Assembly (NCBI GenBank): GCA_963703275.1
Contig: OY969804.1
Location: forward strand, 211,154 to 275,153
Direction of reading: 5' to 3'
Length of the DNA stretch: 64,000 nt
From: an uncultured Actinomycetes bacterium
GTDB taxonomy: Bacteria; Actinomycetota; Thermoleophilia; Gaiellales; JAICJC01
Made by a program: the position numbers and the translations under genes. Positions within the stretch are counted from its first letter, which is position 1. Each line of letters opens with the position of its first letter. Below are positions 52,222 through 61,416 of this stretch, in pieces. A model generated the notes under the pieces. The model was not told the DNA's origin and made no database searches. It saw nothing but the letters and a program-made list of their open reading frames with translations.

Positions 52222-52929
52222 ATGCGAGACCGACATGAACGCCCCAATCTGACCCGGCTCACGCGGCTCGGGTTCGTCAATGCCTATCTCGTCTCCGAGG
52301 ACGATGGGCTGACGCTCGTGGACACGATGGTCTCGGGGAGCGCCGGCGGCATCGTGGCGGCCGCGGCCGGGCTCGAGCGCCCGATCACGCGGATCGTCCT
52401 GACCCACGCGCACTCCGACCACGCGGGCTCGCTCGATGCCGTGGCGGCCCGGCTGCCCGACGCGGAGATCGCGGTGTCGACGCGCGAGGCGCGGCTGCTC
52501 CGCGGCGACCGCGGCTTCGAACCCGGCGAGCCGCAGTCGAAGCTGCGGGGAGGATGGCCCAAGGTGGTCACCGTGCCGACCCGCCTGCTCGAGCCCGGCG
52601 ACCACGTGGGATCGCTGCTCGTGGTGGCGGCGCCCGGGCACACGCCGGGGCACATCGCCCTGCTCGACGAGCGTGACGGCACCCTGGTCGCCGGTGACGC
52701 CTTCTCGACGCTGGGAGGCGTCTCGACCACGGGCCGGATCAATCCGCGCTTCCCGCTCGTCGGCATGTCGACGTGGGACCGGCCGACCGCGAACCGCACG
52801 GCGGCGATGCTGCGAGCGCTCGAGCCGGCCGCGCTCGCGGTCGGACATGGCCCGGTGGTCGTCGGTCCCCTGGCCGACATCGATCGCGCCCTTGCGGCGG
52901 TGGCCGCCGACCTGCCCGTGGCGGCCTAG
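52222..52929 (+). CDS. MBL-fold metallo-hydrolase
   Basis: THAHSDHAG, GHTPGH, LVAGD, VGHG. Confidence 0.9.
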   Translation: MRDRHERPNLTRLTRLGFVNAYLVSEDDGLTLVDTMVSGSAGGIVAAAAGLERPITRIVLTHAHSDHAGSLDAVAARLPDAEIAVSTREARLLRGDRGFEPGEPQSKLRGGWPKVVTVPTRLLEPGDHVGSLLVVAAPGHTPGHIALLDERDGTLVAGDAFSTLGGVSTTGRINPRFPLVGMSTWDRPTANRTAAMLRALEPAALAVGHGPVVVGPLADIDRALAAVAADLPVAA

Positions 52930-53505
52930 GTGGCCGAGCGCCGGGGCCTCTCGCGCGCCGTCGTGGTCGACACGGCCGCCGGCCTGGCCGACCGGGACGG
53001 GTTCGACGCGCTCACCCTCGGCGCTGTCGCCGCGGAACTAGGGGTGCGCCCGCCGTCGCTCTACAACCACGTCTCGGGCCTGGACGGGCTCCGCCGCGAC
53101 CTGGCGCTGCGCGGGGTCCTCGAGCTCGGGGAGCGCATCCGCGACGCCGCGGTCGGGCGCGCCGGCGCCGATGCCCTCACCGCGCTTGCCGCTGCCTATC
53201 GCGCCTACGCGCGCGAGCGGCCCGGGCTCTACCGGGCACTCCAGCGGGCGCCGGATGCCGGCGACGGCGAGCTCGCGGCCGCCGCCGCGCGCCTGCTGCA
53301 ACCGGTGATGGCGGTGCTCGGCGGGTTCGGGCTCGAGGGTGATGCCGCCATCCATGCCGCTCGCAGCCTGCGCAGCGCGATGCACGGGTTCGTCGAGCTC
53401 GAGCGGCTTGGCGGCTTCGGCATCGACGTCGACCTCGACCGCAGCTACGACTGGATGATCGCCGTGCTGTCGGCCGGGATGCGAGGGTACGATCCCGGAC
53501 GATGA
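52930..53505 (+). CDS. TetR/AcrR regulator with WHG C-terminal domain
   Basis: HTH VAAELGVRPPSLYNH, SAMHGFVELE. Confidence 0.9.
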   Translation: MAERRGLSRAVVVDTAAGLADRDGFDALTLGAVAAELGVRPPSLYNHVSGLDGLRRDLALRGVLELGERIRDAAVGRAGADALTALAAAYRAYARERPGLYRALQRAPDAGDGELAAAAARLLQPVMAVLGGFGLEGDAAIHAARSLRSAMHGFVELERLGGFGIDVDLDRSYDWMIAVLSAGMRGYDPGR

Positions 53506-54125
53506 CCGAGCCCGAAGAGGTCGCGGAAACCAGCGAGCAGGTCATCGACGGCGTGTGGCACTGGCGGATCCACAACCACCGCATCGGCGGTGCGATCTCG
53601 AGCTCACAGGCCGTCGTGGGCGAGGGCGAGATGGTGCTGATCGACCCCGTGCGGCTCGCCCCGCAGGCGCTGGCGGCGCTGCCCGTTCCGACCGCGATCT
53701 GCCTCACCGCCAAGTGCCACCAGCGTGCAGCCTGGCGCTACCGGGGCGACTTCGCCGCGGCGGTGTGGGCGCCCGAGGGCACCGTGCCGATGGACGGCGA
53801 GCCCGATCGCCGCTACCGCGAGGGCGACCTGCTTCCGGGCGGGTTGCGGGCGGTGCACACACCGGGGCCCGAGCCCGTGCACTACTCCTTCCTGCTCGAG
53901 CGCGAACCGGGCGTCCTCTTCTGCTCCGACCTGCTCGGCAACGACCCTGCCAGCGGGCTCGGCTTCGTCCCGCCGGAGTTCCACGACGACCCGGCGCAGA
54001 CGCGCCGCAGCGTCGAGCGGCTGCTCGACCTTCCGTTCACCGTGCTCTGCCTCGACCACGGCCCGCCGGTGACCGTCGACGCCAAGGGCGCGATCCGCGC
54101 CCTGCTGCGCCGCACCGGTGAATAA
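53502..54125 (+). CDS. Hypothetical MBL-fold-like protein
   Basis: VLIDP, TAKCH, HTPG, FCSDL, LDHG; lacks HxHxDH. Confidence 0.7.
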   Translation: MTEPEEVAETSEQVIDGVWHWRIHNHRIGGAISSSQAVVGEGEMVLIDPVRLAPQALAALPVPTAICLTAKCHQRAAWRYRGDFAAAVWAPEGTVPMDGEPDRRYREGDLLPGGLRAVHTPGPEPVHYSFLLEREPGVLFCSDLLGNDPASGLGFVPPEFHDDPAQTRRSVERLLDLPFTVLCLDHGPPVTVDAKGAIRALLRRTGE

Positions 54126-54149
54126 CCGGTGCCAGGCACCAAATATTCA
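54119..54149. repeat. 31-bp palindromic element, copy C
   Basis: TGAATA-ACC-GGTGCC-A-GGCACC-AAA-TATTCA; reverse complement of copy A with 1 mismatch. Confidence 0.85.
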
Positions 54150-55190
54150 TCACGCCATGAAGGCGGTCAGGCGCTCGGCCTCCGCTGCGACCTCGCGTTC
54201 CACGGCCTGTCGGAGCGGCTCGAAGGGCGCCGGTAGCACACGGCCGCCCATGTGCTTCCACGTTCCGGCGACCTGGCCGTTGACGAGGAAGGTCGGCATC
54301 GACTGGGGCGTCTTGGTGTTGAATACGAGCGGCCGGAACCGCTCGGGCATGATCTGGCCGCGGCGCGCGTGCACGAGCAGGGTGGCGTCCCACGTCGGCA
54401 GGAAGCGCACCGGTGCCGGCGTGCTCGGGTCGGGTAGCGGCGCCCGCCGCAGGTCGATCAGCTCCGTGCCGCGCTCGTCGCGGAAGCGGCGCGGCTCGAG
54501 CCGCTCGACCGCGGGCGCGAGCGTCTGCACGGTCACCCCCGCCCAGTCGGCGACGTCTCTGACCGCGGCCGGCCCGAAGCCGGCCAGATAGCGGCGCAGC
54601 AGGAGGTCGAGCCCCTGCTCGGGAGTGGCCTCGACCCGCGGCAGCCACTCCTCTGCGGTCACGTACAGGTCGGCCCGGCGCTGCTCCCATGTCCCCGACG
54701 GCGGCACCCGCACCAGGTCGAGCCAGAGACCGATGCCGTTCCAGATCACGTTGTCGATCCCAAGCTCCTGCATCAGGTCCTTGCTGCGGCGCGGCCCGCC
54801 GGCCAGGAGGGTGCGCGTGCGCGCGGCGGCTTCGGCCACCACCTCGGGCGGGATCTGGCGGCGGTGGGCGCGCAGCCAGGACTCACGCCGCGCCGCGCGC
54901 ACGCCGGCCACGAAGACCGGGTAGTCCGCCGCCGCCACGGTGTGGATCGTGGACCGCATCACGGTCGCCTGCACCACCTTCCGGGCCTCGAGCGCGGCGG
55001 TCAGGTCGGCGCGGGCAAACCCGTCGAGGCGCGACCACAGCCCGATGTAGCCGGACGGGGCGTACTGCGTTTGCAGCCCGCCGAGGCGCTCGATCGCGGC
55101 CGCCGGCCCCAGCCTGCGCCGCTCGAGCAGGAGCTGCCGGCCGAGCACCGCCCGGTTGAGCTCCGCCTCGGTGAGCACCCGCTCGGCCAT
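54150..55190 (-). CDS. AlkZ/YcaQ (HTH_42) family winged-helix DNA glycosylase
   Basis: LGGLQTQYAPSGYIGLWSR, MRSTIH, RRYLAGFGPA, VRFLPTWD, GQVAGTW. Confidence 0.88.
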   Translation of the reverse strand: MAERVLTEAELNRAVLGRQLLLERRRLGPAAAIERLGGLQTQYAPSGYIGLWSRLDGFARADLTAALEARKVVQATVMRSTIHTVAAADYPVFVAGVRAARRESWLRAHRRQIPPEVVAEAAARTRTLLAGGPRRSKDLMQELGIDNVIWNGIGLWLDLVRVPPSGTWEQRRADLYVTAEEWLPRVEATPEQGLDLLLRRYLAGFGPAAVRDVADWAGVTVQTLAPAVERLEPRRFRDERGTELIDLRRAPLPDPSTPAPVRFLPTWDATLLVHARRGQIMPERFRPLVFNTKTPQSMPTFLVNGQVAGTWKHMGGRVLPAPFEPLRQAVEREVAAEAERLTAFMA

Positions 55191-55200
55191 CGCCGGAGCG

Positions 55201-55845
55201 TCAGCCCGTGCTCGCGCGCATCAGGATCTTCGTGTCGAGCCAGACCGACCCGTCGTCGCCCAACCGGCCGGCCAGCAACTGCCGCACCCGGTCGGCGGTC
55301 GCGCCGGTGCACCCGGTGCGCTCGAGCCAGGGCCCGAGCGGATGGCGCTTGGGGAAGCACTCGACCCGCTCCACGGCCAGCCCCGCCGCGGCGAGGTACG
55401 CCAGCCATTCCGCCTCGGTGTAGGAGCGCACATGGGTCGGGTCGCGCAGGCGCTCGGCCTCCTCGACCTGCTCGTCGGCGTAGAGCGTGTCCTCGATCAC
55501 GACCAGCCGGCGGGTGACGCGCGCCATCTCGCGCACCGCGGCGGCGACGTCGTCGAAGTGGTGGGCCGCGATCCGGCAGGCGACCACGTCGAAGCTGCTG
55601 TCCGCGAACGCGAGCGCCTCGGCCGGGCAGACGACGTCCGGCTGCATCCCGGGCGAGGCATCGCACGTCGTCACGCGGCAGCCGGCCTCGGCCAGCCGGC
55701 GGCCAACGTGGCCGCCCCCGGTGGCGACGTCCAGCGCCTCGATGCCCGGTCCCGGGTCACACCACGCGACGAGCGCGTCCAGATCGTCGCCCGCCCGATG
55801 GGTGGGGCTTGTGCGGTACGCCTCGGCCCGCGCGTCCCAGCTCAT
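55201..55845 (-). CDS. Class I SAM-dependent methyltransferase
   Basis: ALDVATGGGH, FADSSFDVV, RIAAHHF. Confidence 0.88.
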   Translation of the reverse strand: MSWDARAEAYRTSPTHRAGDDLDALVAWCDPGPGIEALDVATGGGHVGRRLAEAGCRVTTCDASPGMQPDVVCPAEALAFADSSFDVVACRIAAHHFDDVAAAVREMARVTRRLVVIEDTLYADEQVEEAERLRDPTHVRSYTEAEWLAYLAAAGLAVERVECFPKRHPLGPWLERTGCTGATADRVRQLLAGRLGDDGSVWLDTKILMRASTG

Positions 55846-55851
55846 CGCCGG

Positions 55852-56112
55852 CTATGAACGAGCGACCTCCGGAACGAACCTGTCGACTGCGACGATCTCG
55901 TCGACCGGCACGTTTGCGCGCCTGGCCGCGACCATGATCTCCTCGGCCGAAGGGGCCTCGTACAGGCAGTACGAGCGACGCCGGTCGGCACTCAGGAATG
56001 AGAACAGCCATCGCACGCCCTCATCGGCGTTGATGTCCTCGATCAGGCGGACGTCGTCGTCGGTCAGCTCGAGCTGCTCGGCGAATGTGCGTTCGATCAG
56101 AAAGAGTGGCAT
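55852..56112 (-). CDS. DUF4242-like small protein
   Basis: FLIER...CLYEAPSAE...VDEI; TAGCAT 6 nt before ATG. Confidence 0.75.
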   Translation of the reverse strand: MPLFLIERTFAEQLELTDDDVRLIEDINADEGVRWLFSFLSADRRRSYCLYEAPSAEEIMVAARRANVPVDEIVAVDRFVPEVARS

Positions 56113-56121
56113 GGGGGGATG

Positions 56122-59121
56122 CTACTCCGACCGGGGAGCATCCGTCAGCCCGCGCCGGTACGCGTAGGCGGTGGCCTCGGTGCGGTTGGCGCAGCCGGTC
56201 TTGCGCAGGATGCTGCGAACGTGGTTCGCCGCGGTGTGCTCGCTGACCACCAGAGCGGCTCCGATCTCGCGGTTGGACATGCCGCGTGCGACCAACTGCA
56301 GGATCTGGAGCTCCCGGGGCGAGAGCCCGTCGGGCGGTTGGCGCCGGATGGGACCTCCGCCCGCGGCCCGGATCTGGTGAAGCAGCGCCGGCATCCCGAT
56401 TCGCTCGGCCAGCGCGCCCGCCTCCTGCAGCAGCTCGCCGCCGCGCGCGCGGTCGCCGGGCTGGCCCGCGAGCAGGAGCCGGCCGAGCTCGTACTGGGTG
56501 TGGGCGAGCCATGTCCAGGCGCCCATGCCGCGGTCGGTCGCAAGCGCGACCTCCAGGTGGGAGCGGGCGAGGTCGTGCTCTCCCGCGACCGCTGCGACGA
56601 TGCCGAGGTACCGGTCGGCCGATCCGTAGCAGGCCACCCCGTGGCCGATGGTGACGATGGCGCCGGCATAGCGCGCGAGCTCGGCATAGAGGTCGCTGGC
56701 GATGCGGTCGTCGCGCACGAGCGCACACGCGTCGGCGAGGTAGGTGAGCGATGCCAGCCACAGGCCGGCGCGCAGCTCGGAAAGACCCCTCCTGTGCACG
56801 CGGCGCAGCTCCCGGCGGGCCTCGTCGTGCATTCCGAGCTCGGCCAGGAGGGCGACGAGGCCCGGTCCCCACGCTCCGCCGCCCTGTTCGCCGCTCGCCG
56901 CCAGGATCCGCACCACCGGGGCGAGCTCGGCCAGCCGGCCCTGCTCGCGGCGGATGCCGAACATCTGGATGCCGTAGGAGCCCGAGGGATCCCGGCCGGT
57001 GAGCAGTCGCCCCCACTCGAACGACCGCTCGGCGGTGGCCTCGGCCTCCGCCAGGCGGCCGGAGCACAGCGCGATCGCCGAGCGGTAGTGCTCGGCGACG
57101 TGGATGATGAACGGCTGGCCGACGCGGCTCGCCATCTCGAACACCACGGCCAGCTCCTCGCGGGCGGCCTCGAGGTCGCCGAGCGCGATCAGTGCCGAGA
57201 TGCGCCATTCCATCGCCTCGGCCTGGAGCTCGATCAGGCCGAGCTCGTCCGCCAGGTCGCGCGACTCGGTCAGCATCGCCAGGATCTCATCCAGCGAGGT
57301 CGTCCCCCGCGCCCAGTAGGCGCGCATGAGGACGGTGGCCAGGGCCGGACGGTCGTCCATTCGCCGCGCCATGGCGATCGCGTCGTGCCGGAGCGTGGCG
57401 CTGCGGTCGTGGTCGCCGACGAACGCGCAGGCCCGGGCGAGGCCGCTCAGCACCATCACCCGTAGCGAGGAGTCGGTCTCGGGGAGGATCGCCGCCGCCT
57501 CGGTGAGCAGGTCGAGCGCGCCCTCGTTGATCGCGGCCATCCGCCAGCACGCGTTCTCGAATCCGACCGCCGCCTGCGCGAACAGCTCTCCGTTGCCGCG
57601 GTCGCGGGCGATGTCGGCCGCCGCCCGGTATGCGACCAGCGCCTCGAATCCGCGGCCGCCCCGGTAGCAGGCGTCTCCGAGCGCCAGCTCGATCTCGGCC
57701 CGGCGGAGCTCGCCGGCAACGCCGAGTCCGAGCGCCGTGCGCAGGGCCGCGACGGCTTCGTCGAACGCGAGCGCGGCCGTCGCCGCGGCGGCCGCGCGGA
57801 CGTTGTATGTCACCGCCCGCTCGGTGGCGCCGAGCGGCGCCGCGGCGGTGAAGTGCCGCGCGAGGTCGGCCAGTGTACGCGCGGAGGGCTGCGGGGAGGC
57901 CGCCTCGAGCGCCTCGCCCGCGCGCAGGTGGAGCTCGGCCCGGCGCGGCGCCGCGAGCCGGTCATACAGCGCCCGGCGCACGAGCTCGTGGGCGAAGCAG
58001 TAGCCCAGCGGGCGCTCCGGGACAGCCGCGACCATGCCGCTTCGAAGCGCCAGGTCGACCGCCCCGAGCAGTGCCGATTCGTCGATCCCGGTTCCCCCTG
58101 CGAGCACGGTCAGGTCGAACTCCGGGCCGACGACCGCCGCCAGCTCGAGCACGCCGGTGGTGGTGGCGTCGAGCCGGGCCAGCCGCTGGCTGACCACCTC
58201 GCGGACCGCGTCGGGGCTGCCCAGCTCCTCCGGCGTTCGCATCAGGTGCGCACGGCCGTCCTCGACCACCAGGGCGCCCGTCTCGACGAGCGCCCGCCAC
58301 AGCTCGATCACGAGGAAGGCGTTGCCCTGGGTGAGGTCGTGGATGGCCTCGGCCAGCGCCGGGAGCTCCGGGCCGAGATCCCCGCCGGCCGCCCGCTCGA
58401 CCAGCTCCCCGATCTCCGCGGTCGAGAGCCCGGTCAGGCGCAGCGGCACGACTCCCTCGGTGCGGCGCAGGTCGACCAGCGCCGCCGAGAGCTCCGCGGG
58501 CATGTCCGCCTCGAGGTCGCGGAACGTCGCCACGAGCAGCATCCGGGCGTCGGCGGCGGCCCGGGAGAGGTGACGCAGCAGGAGCAGGGTGGGGGTGTCC
58601 GACCAGTGGGCGTCCTCGAGCACGAGCAGCAGCGGCCGGCGCCGGGACGTATTCACGAGGAGCTCGGCGACGGCGTGGTGCAGGCGGTGGCGCTCGGTGT
58701 CCTGGTCGGCGATCACCGGTTCGGGCAGGTTGCCGACGAGGGCGGGGAGGTCGGGAATCAGGCGCCGGAGCTCGCCGCCGCCGAGGCCCAGGTCAGCCCG
58801 CAGGTGCTCGGGATCCGAGACCCGGGCCAGATGGTGGAGCGCCTCCGAGATGGGCTGGTAGGGGAGGCGCACGACCGCGTCGCACGCGCCGTACAACACC
58901 AGCACCCCGTCCGAGGCGGCGTGCTGGGCAAACTCCCGCACGAGCCGGCTCTTGCCCGACCCGGCCTCTCCGCCGACGAGGGCGATGCGCCGGCCCTCAC
59001 CGCCTGCGCGCGGCAGGAGCGAGCGCAGGAGCGCCAGCTCCCGGGGACGGCCGACGAACGGAAACGACGGCGTGAGCCGGAGGGATCCGGGGAGCTCGGC
59101 TGCGGGGTCGAGGACCGGCAT
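56122..59121 (-). CDS. LAL-type regulator (AAA ATPase + TPR-like + LuxR HTH)
   Basis: FVGRPREL, GEAGSGKS, LEDAHWSD, GNAFL, C-terminal LSPRELQIL...SNREIG. Confidence 0.92.
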   Translation of the reverse strand: MPVLDPAAELPGSLRLTPSFPFVGRPRELALLRSLLPRAGGEGRRIALVGGEAGSGKSRLVREFAQHAASDGVLVLYGACDAVVRLPYQPISEALHHLARVSDPEHLRADLGLGGGELRRLIPDLPALVGNLPEPVIADQDTERHRLHHAVAELLVNTSRRRPLLLVLEDAHWSDTPTLLLLRHLSRAAADARMLLVATFRDLEADMPAELSAALVDLRRTEGVVPLRLTGLSTAEIGELVERAAGGDLGPELPALAEAIHDLTQGNAFLVIELWRALVETGALVVEDGRAHLMRTPEELGSPDAVREVVSQRLARLDATTTGVLELAAVVGPEFDLTVLAGGTGIDESALLGAVDLALRSGMVAAVPERPLGYCFAHELVRRALYDRLAAPRRAELHLRAGEALEAASPQPSARTLADLARHFTAAAPLGATERAVTYNVRAAAAATAALAFDEAVAALRTALGLGVAGELRRAEIELALGDACYRGGRGFEALVAYRAAADIARDRGNGELFAQAAVGFENACWRMAAINEGALDLLTEAAAILPETDSSLRVMVLSGLARACAFVGDHDRSATLRHDAIAMARRMDDRPALATVLMRAYWARGTTSLDEILAMLTESRDLADELGLIELQAEAMEWRISALIALGDLEAAREELAVVFEMASRVGQPFIIHVAEHYRSAIALCSGRLAEAEATAERSFEWGRLLTGRDPSGSYGIQMFGIRREQGRLAELAPVVRILAASGEQGGGAWGPGLVALLAELGMHDEARRELRRVHRRGLSELRAGLWLASLTYLADACALVRDDRIASDLYAELARYAGAIVTIGHGVACYGSADRYLGIVAAVAGEHDLARSHLEVALATDRGMGAWTWLAHTQYELGRLLLAGQPGDRARGGELLQEAGALAERIGMPALLHQIRAAGGGPIRRQPPDGLSPRELQILQLVARGMSNREIGAALVVSEHTAANHVRSILRKTGCANRTEATAYAYRRGLTDAPRSE

Positions 59122-59248
59122 AGTCAGATCTGATCATCGCACGTGCCGGCCGCCGCGTCGAGTGTGGGTCAATCCCGGTCATGCGCCCGCGCGGGAGGAG
59201 CCCTACCTTCCGTGTTCGCAGGTGGAACGCATCGAGGAGGAGACGGAC

Positions 59249-60640
59249 ATGGCAACCACGGCATCACTTTCGGACACCGCCCAGCGCGAGCTGTCCGGCT
59301 TTACCGGCGAGCTCATCGGCCCGGCCGATCCGGGCTACGACGACGCTCGTCAGTTGTACAACGCGATGATCGACAAGCGCCCGGCGGTGATCGCCCGGTG
59401 TGTGTCGGCCGACGACGTCGCGGCCGCGATCGGATTCGCCCGCCGGCACGGCGCGCTGCTCGCCGTGCGCGGCGGCGGCCACAACGGCGGCGGCCTCGGC
59501 AGCTGCGACGACGGGGTCGTGATCGACCTCGGGCCGATGCGCGGCATCAAGGTCGACGCCGACAGGCGCACCGTCCGGGTCGAGGGCGGCTGCACGTGGC
59601 GGGAGGTCGACGCCGCGACGCACGCGGTCGGCATGGCGACCCCGAGCGGCATCATCGGCTCGACCGGCGTCGGCGGGCTCTCGCTCGGCGGCGGCATCGG
59701 CTATCTCAGCCGCCGCCACGGGCTGACGGTCGACAACATGCTCGCGGCCGACGTGGTGCTGGCGGACGGGTCGCGGGCGCGCGCGAGCGCCGACGAGAAC
59801 CCCGACCTCTTCTGGGCGATTCGCGGCGGCGGCGGCAACTTCGGCGTCGTGACGGCGTTCGAGTTCCGGCTGCACCCGGTGAGCAACGTGATCGCGGGGC
59901 CGACGTTCTGGCCGCTCGAGCAGTCCGACGAGGTGCTGCGTGCGTACCGCGAGTTCCTGCCGGCGGCCGACCGCGACCTGAACGGCTTCTTCGCGTTCGC
60001 GTCGGTGCCTCCGGCGCCGCCGTTCCCGGAGGAGCTGCACGGACGGCCGGTGTGCGGCATCGTGTGGTGCCACCTCGGGTCGGAGGAGCAGGCGGCGGCG
60101 GCGATGGCGCCGATGCTGGCGGTGGGCGAGCCGCTCATGCACGGGGCCGGCCCGCTCCCGTTCCCGGCGATCCAGGGCGCGTTCGACGGCCTCTACCCGC
60201 CCGGCCTGCAGTGGTACTGGCGGGCGGACTTCTTCCGCGGCCTGTCCGACGCGGCGGTGGACGCGCATGTCGAGTGGGGCAGCCGTATGCCCACGGGCCA
60301 CTCGACGATGCACCTGTATCCGATCGACGGGGCGGTGCACGACGTCGGCGAGGCGGAGACGCCGTTCTCCTACCGCGACGTCACGCTGGCCGAGGTGATC
60401 GTCGGCGTCGACCCCGATCCCGCCAACGCAGAGACGATCAAGCGCTGGACGATCGACTACTGGGATGCGACCCACGCCCACTCCGCCGGCGGCGCCTACG
60501 TCAACTTCATGATGGACGAGGGCCAGGATCGGGTGCGGGCGACGTATCGGGACAACTACGAGCGGCTCGCCCGGATCAAGGCCGCGTATGACCCCGAGAA
60601 CCTGTTCCGCGTGAACCAGAACATCCACCCGGCCGGCTGA
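59249..60640 (+). CDS. FAD-binding oxidoreductase (berberine-bridge-enzyme / VAO family)
   Basis: RGGGHNGGG, WAIRGGGGNFGVVT, YVNFM...YDPENLFRVNQNI; GAGGAGG SD. Confidence 0.92.
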   Translation: MATTASLSDTAQRELSGFTGELIGPADPGYDDARQLYNAMIDKRPAVIARCVSADDVAAAIGFARRHGALLAVRGGGHNGGGLGSCDDGVVIDLGPMRGIKVDADRRTVRVEGGCTWREVDAATHAVGMATPSGIIGSTGVGGLSLGGGIGYLSRRHGLTVDNMLAADVVLADGSRARASADENPDLFWAIRGGGGNFGVVTAFEFRLHPVSNVIAGPTFWPLEQSDEVLRAYREFLPAADRDLNGFFAFASVPPAPPFPEELHGRPVCGIVWCHLGSEEQAAAAMAPMLAVGEPLMHGAGPLPFPAIQGAFDGLYPPGLQWYWRADFFRGLSDAAVDAHVEWGSRMPTGHSTMHLYPIDGAVHDVGEAETPFSYRDVTLAEVIVGVDPDPANAETIKRWTIDYWDATHAHSAGGAYVNFMMDEGQDRVRATYRDNYERLARIKAAYDPENLFRVNQNIHPAG

Positions 60641-60655
60641 CGCGGGTCCGCGCAC

Positions 60656-60689
60656 GGACGTGGCCGGGAGACGAGCCCCGGCCACGTCC
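60656..60689. terminator. Hairpin between convergent genes
   Basis: GGACGTGGCCGGG-N8-CCCGGCCACGTCC, 13-bp stem. Confidence 0.6.
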
Positions 60690-60696
60690 AGCGCGG

Positions 60697-61188
60697 TTAC
60701 GGCGGTTGGGCCAGCCAGCGGTGTTGGGTGTGCCAGCGTTGGATGGTGCGGCGGCTGGGTGGGTTGGCGGGGCAGTTGGCGTAGCGGGTGTGGACGGCGC
60801 GTGTGAGTTGGGCGGGTGTGGCTCCGGTGGCGTAGCGGTGTTCGAGTTGGTGGCGGAGGTCGGGCCAGGCGTAGCTGCCCGGCCTGCGCCGCTTTGGGGT
60901 TTGGCTTTTGAGGTGGTCGAGGTGGCTGGTGAGGGCGCGGTCGCGGGCTTGGGTGAGGCAGTCGTTCGCTTTCCAGACGCCCATGAGGGTGCGGACGAAG
61001 TCGCGTCCGCCGCGACGGGTTTGGAAGGCGGGGCTGGCGTGGTCTGCGCACAGCCACACCGAGACGCGATGGCTGAGTTGGAGGCGGCGGGTTTTGCCGC
61101 GGGTGCGATCAACGCAGATCGCGCACACCGGCTGTTTGACCGGCACGTTTCGGGCTTTGTACAAGGTCGGCGGGGCTTGCCAGGGCAT
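60697..61188 (-). CDS. Orphan protein with CxxC...CxxH motif and C-terminal HTH-like segment
   Basis: VCAIC...LCADH; PSRRTIQRW; C/A-rich coding strand; alternative start TTG at 61164. Confidence 0.6.
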   Translation of the reverse strand: MPWQAPPTLYKARNVPVKQPVCAICVDRTRGKTRRLQLSHRVSVWLCADHASPAFQTRRGGRDFVRTLMGVWKANDCLTQARDRALTSHLDHLKSQTPKRRRPGSYAWPDLRHQLEHRYATGATPAQLTRAVHTRYANCPANPPSRRTIQRWHTQHRWLAQPP

Positions 61189-61250
61189 CGGGGGAGTGTG
61201 GCGTGGTGGGTGTTGCGTGTGGGTGGCGGGGTGTGGCGAGAGTGTGGGGG

Positions 61251-61385
61251 AACTTCAAATGACACCTGCTCCACACGCCAAATGGCGTGTCCCAGGGTGG
61301 CCTCCGGAGGGCGGGCCAGAACTCGGGCGGAGGGGACATCCAAACCTCAAATGACACCTGCTGCACACGCCAAGTGGCGCGTCCC
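61251..61385. repeat. Two 43-bp direct repeats with internal palindrome, period 92 bp
   Basis: 61251-61293 and 61343-61385, 4 mismatches; ACACGCCA-NN-TGGCG(T/C)GT core. Confidence 0.85.
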
Positions 61386-61416
61386 GGGCCAGGGCTGCCG
61401 GCGTCGACGGCCACCC

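Noticed and set aside
61251-61385. CRISPR array
   Set aside because: Only two imperfect repeats and no cas gene in the window; kept as an unexplained repeat pair.
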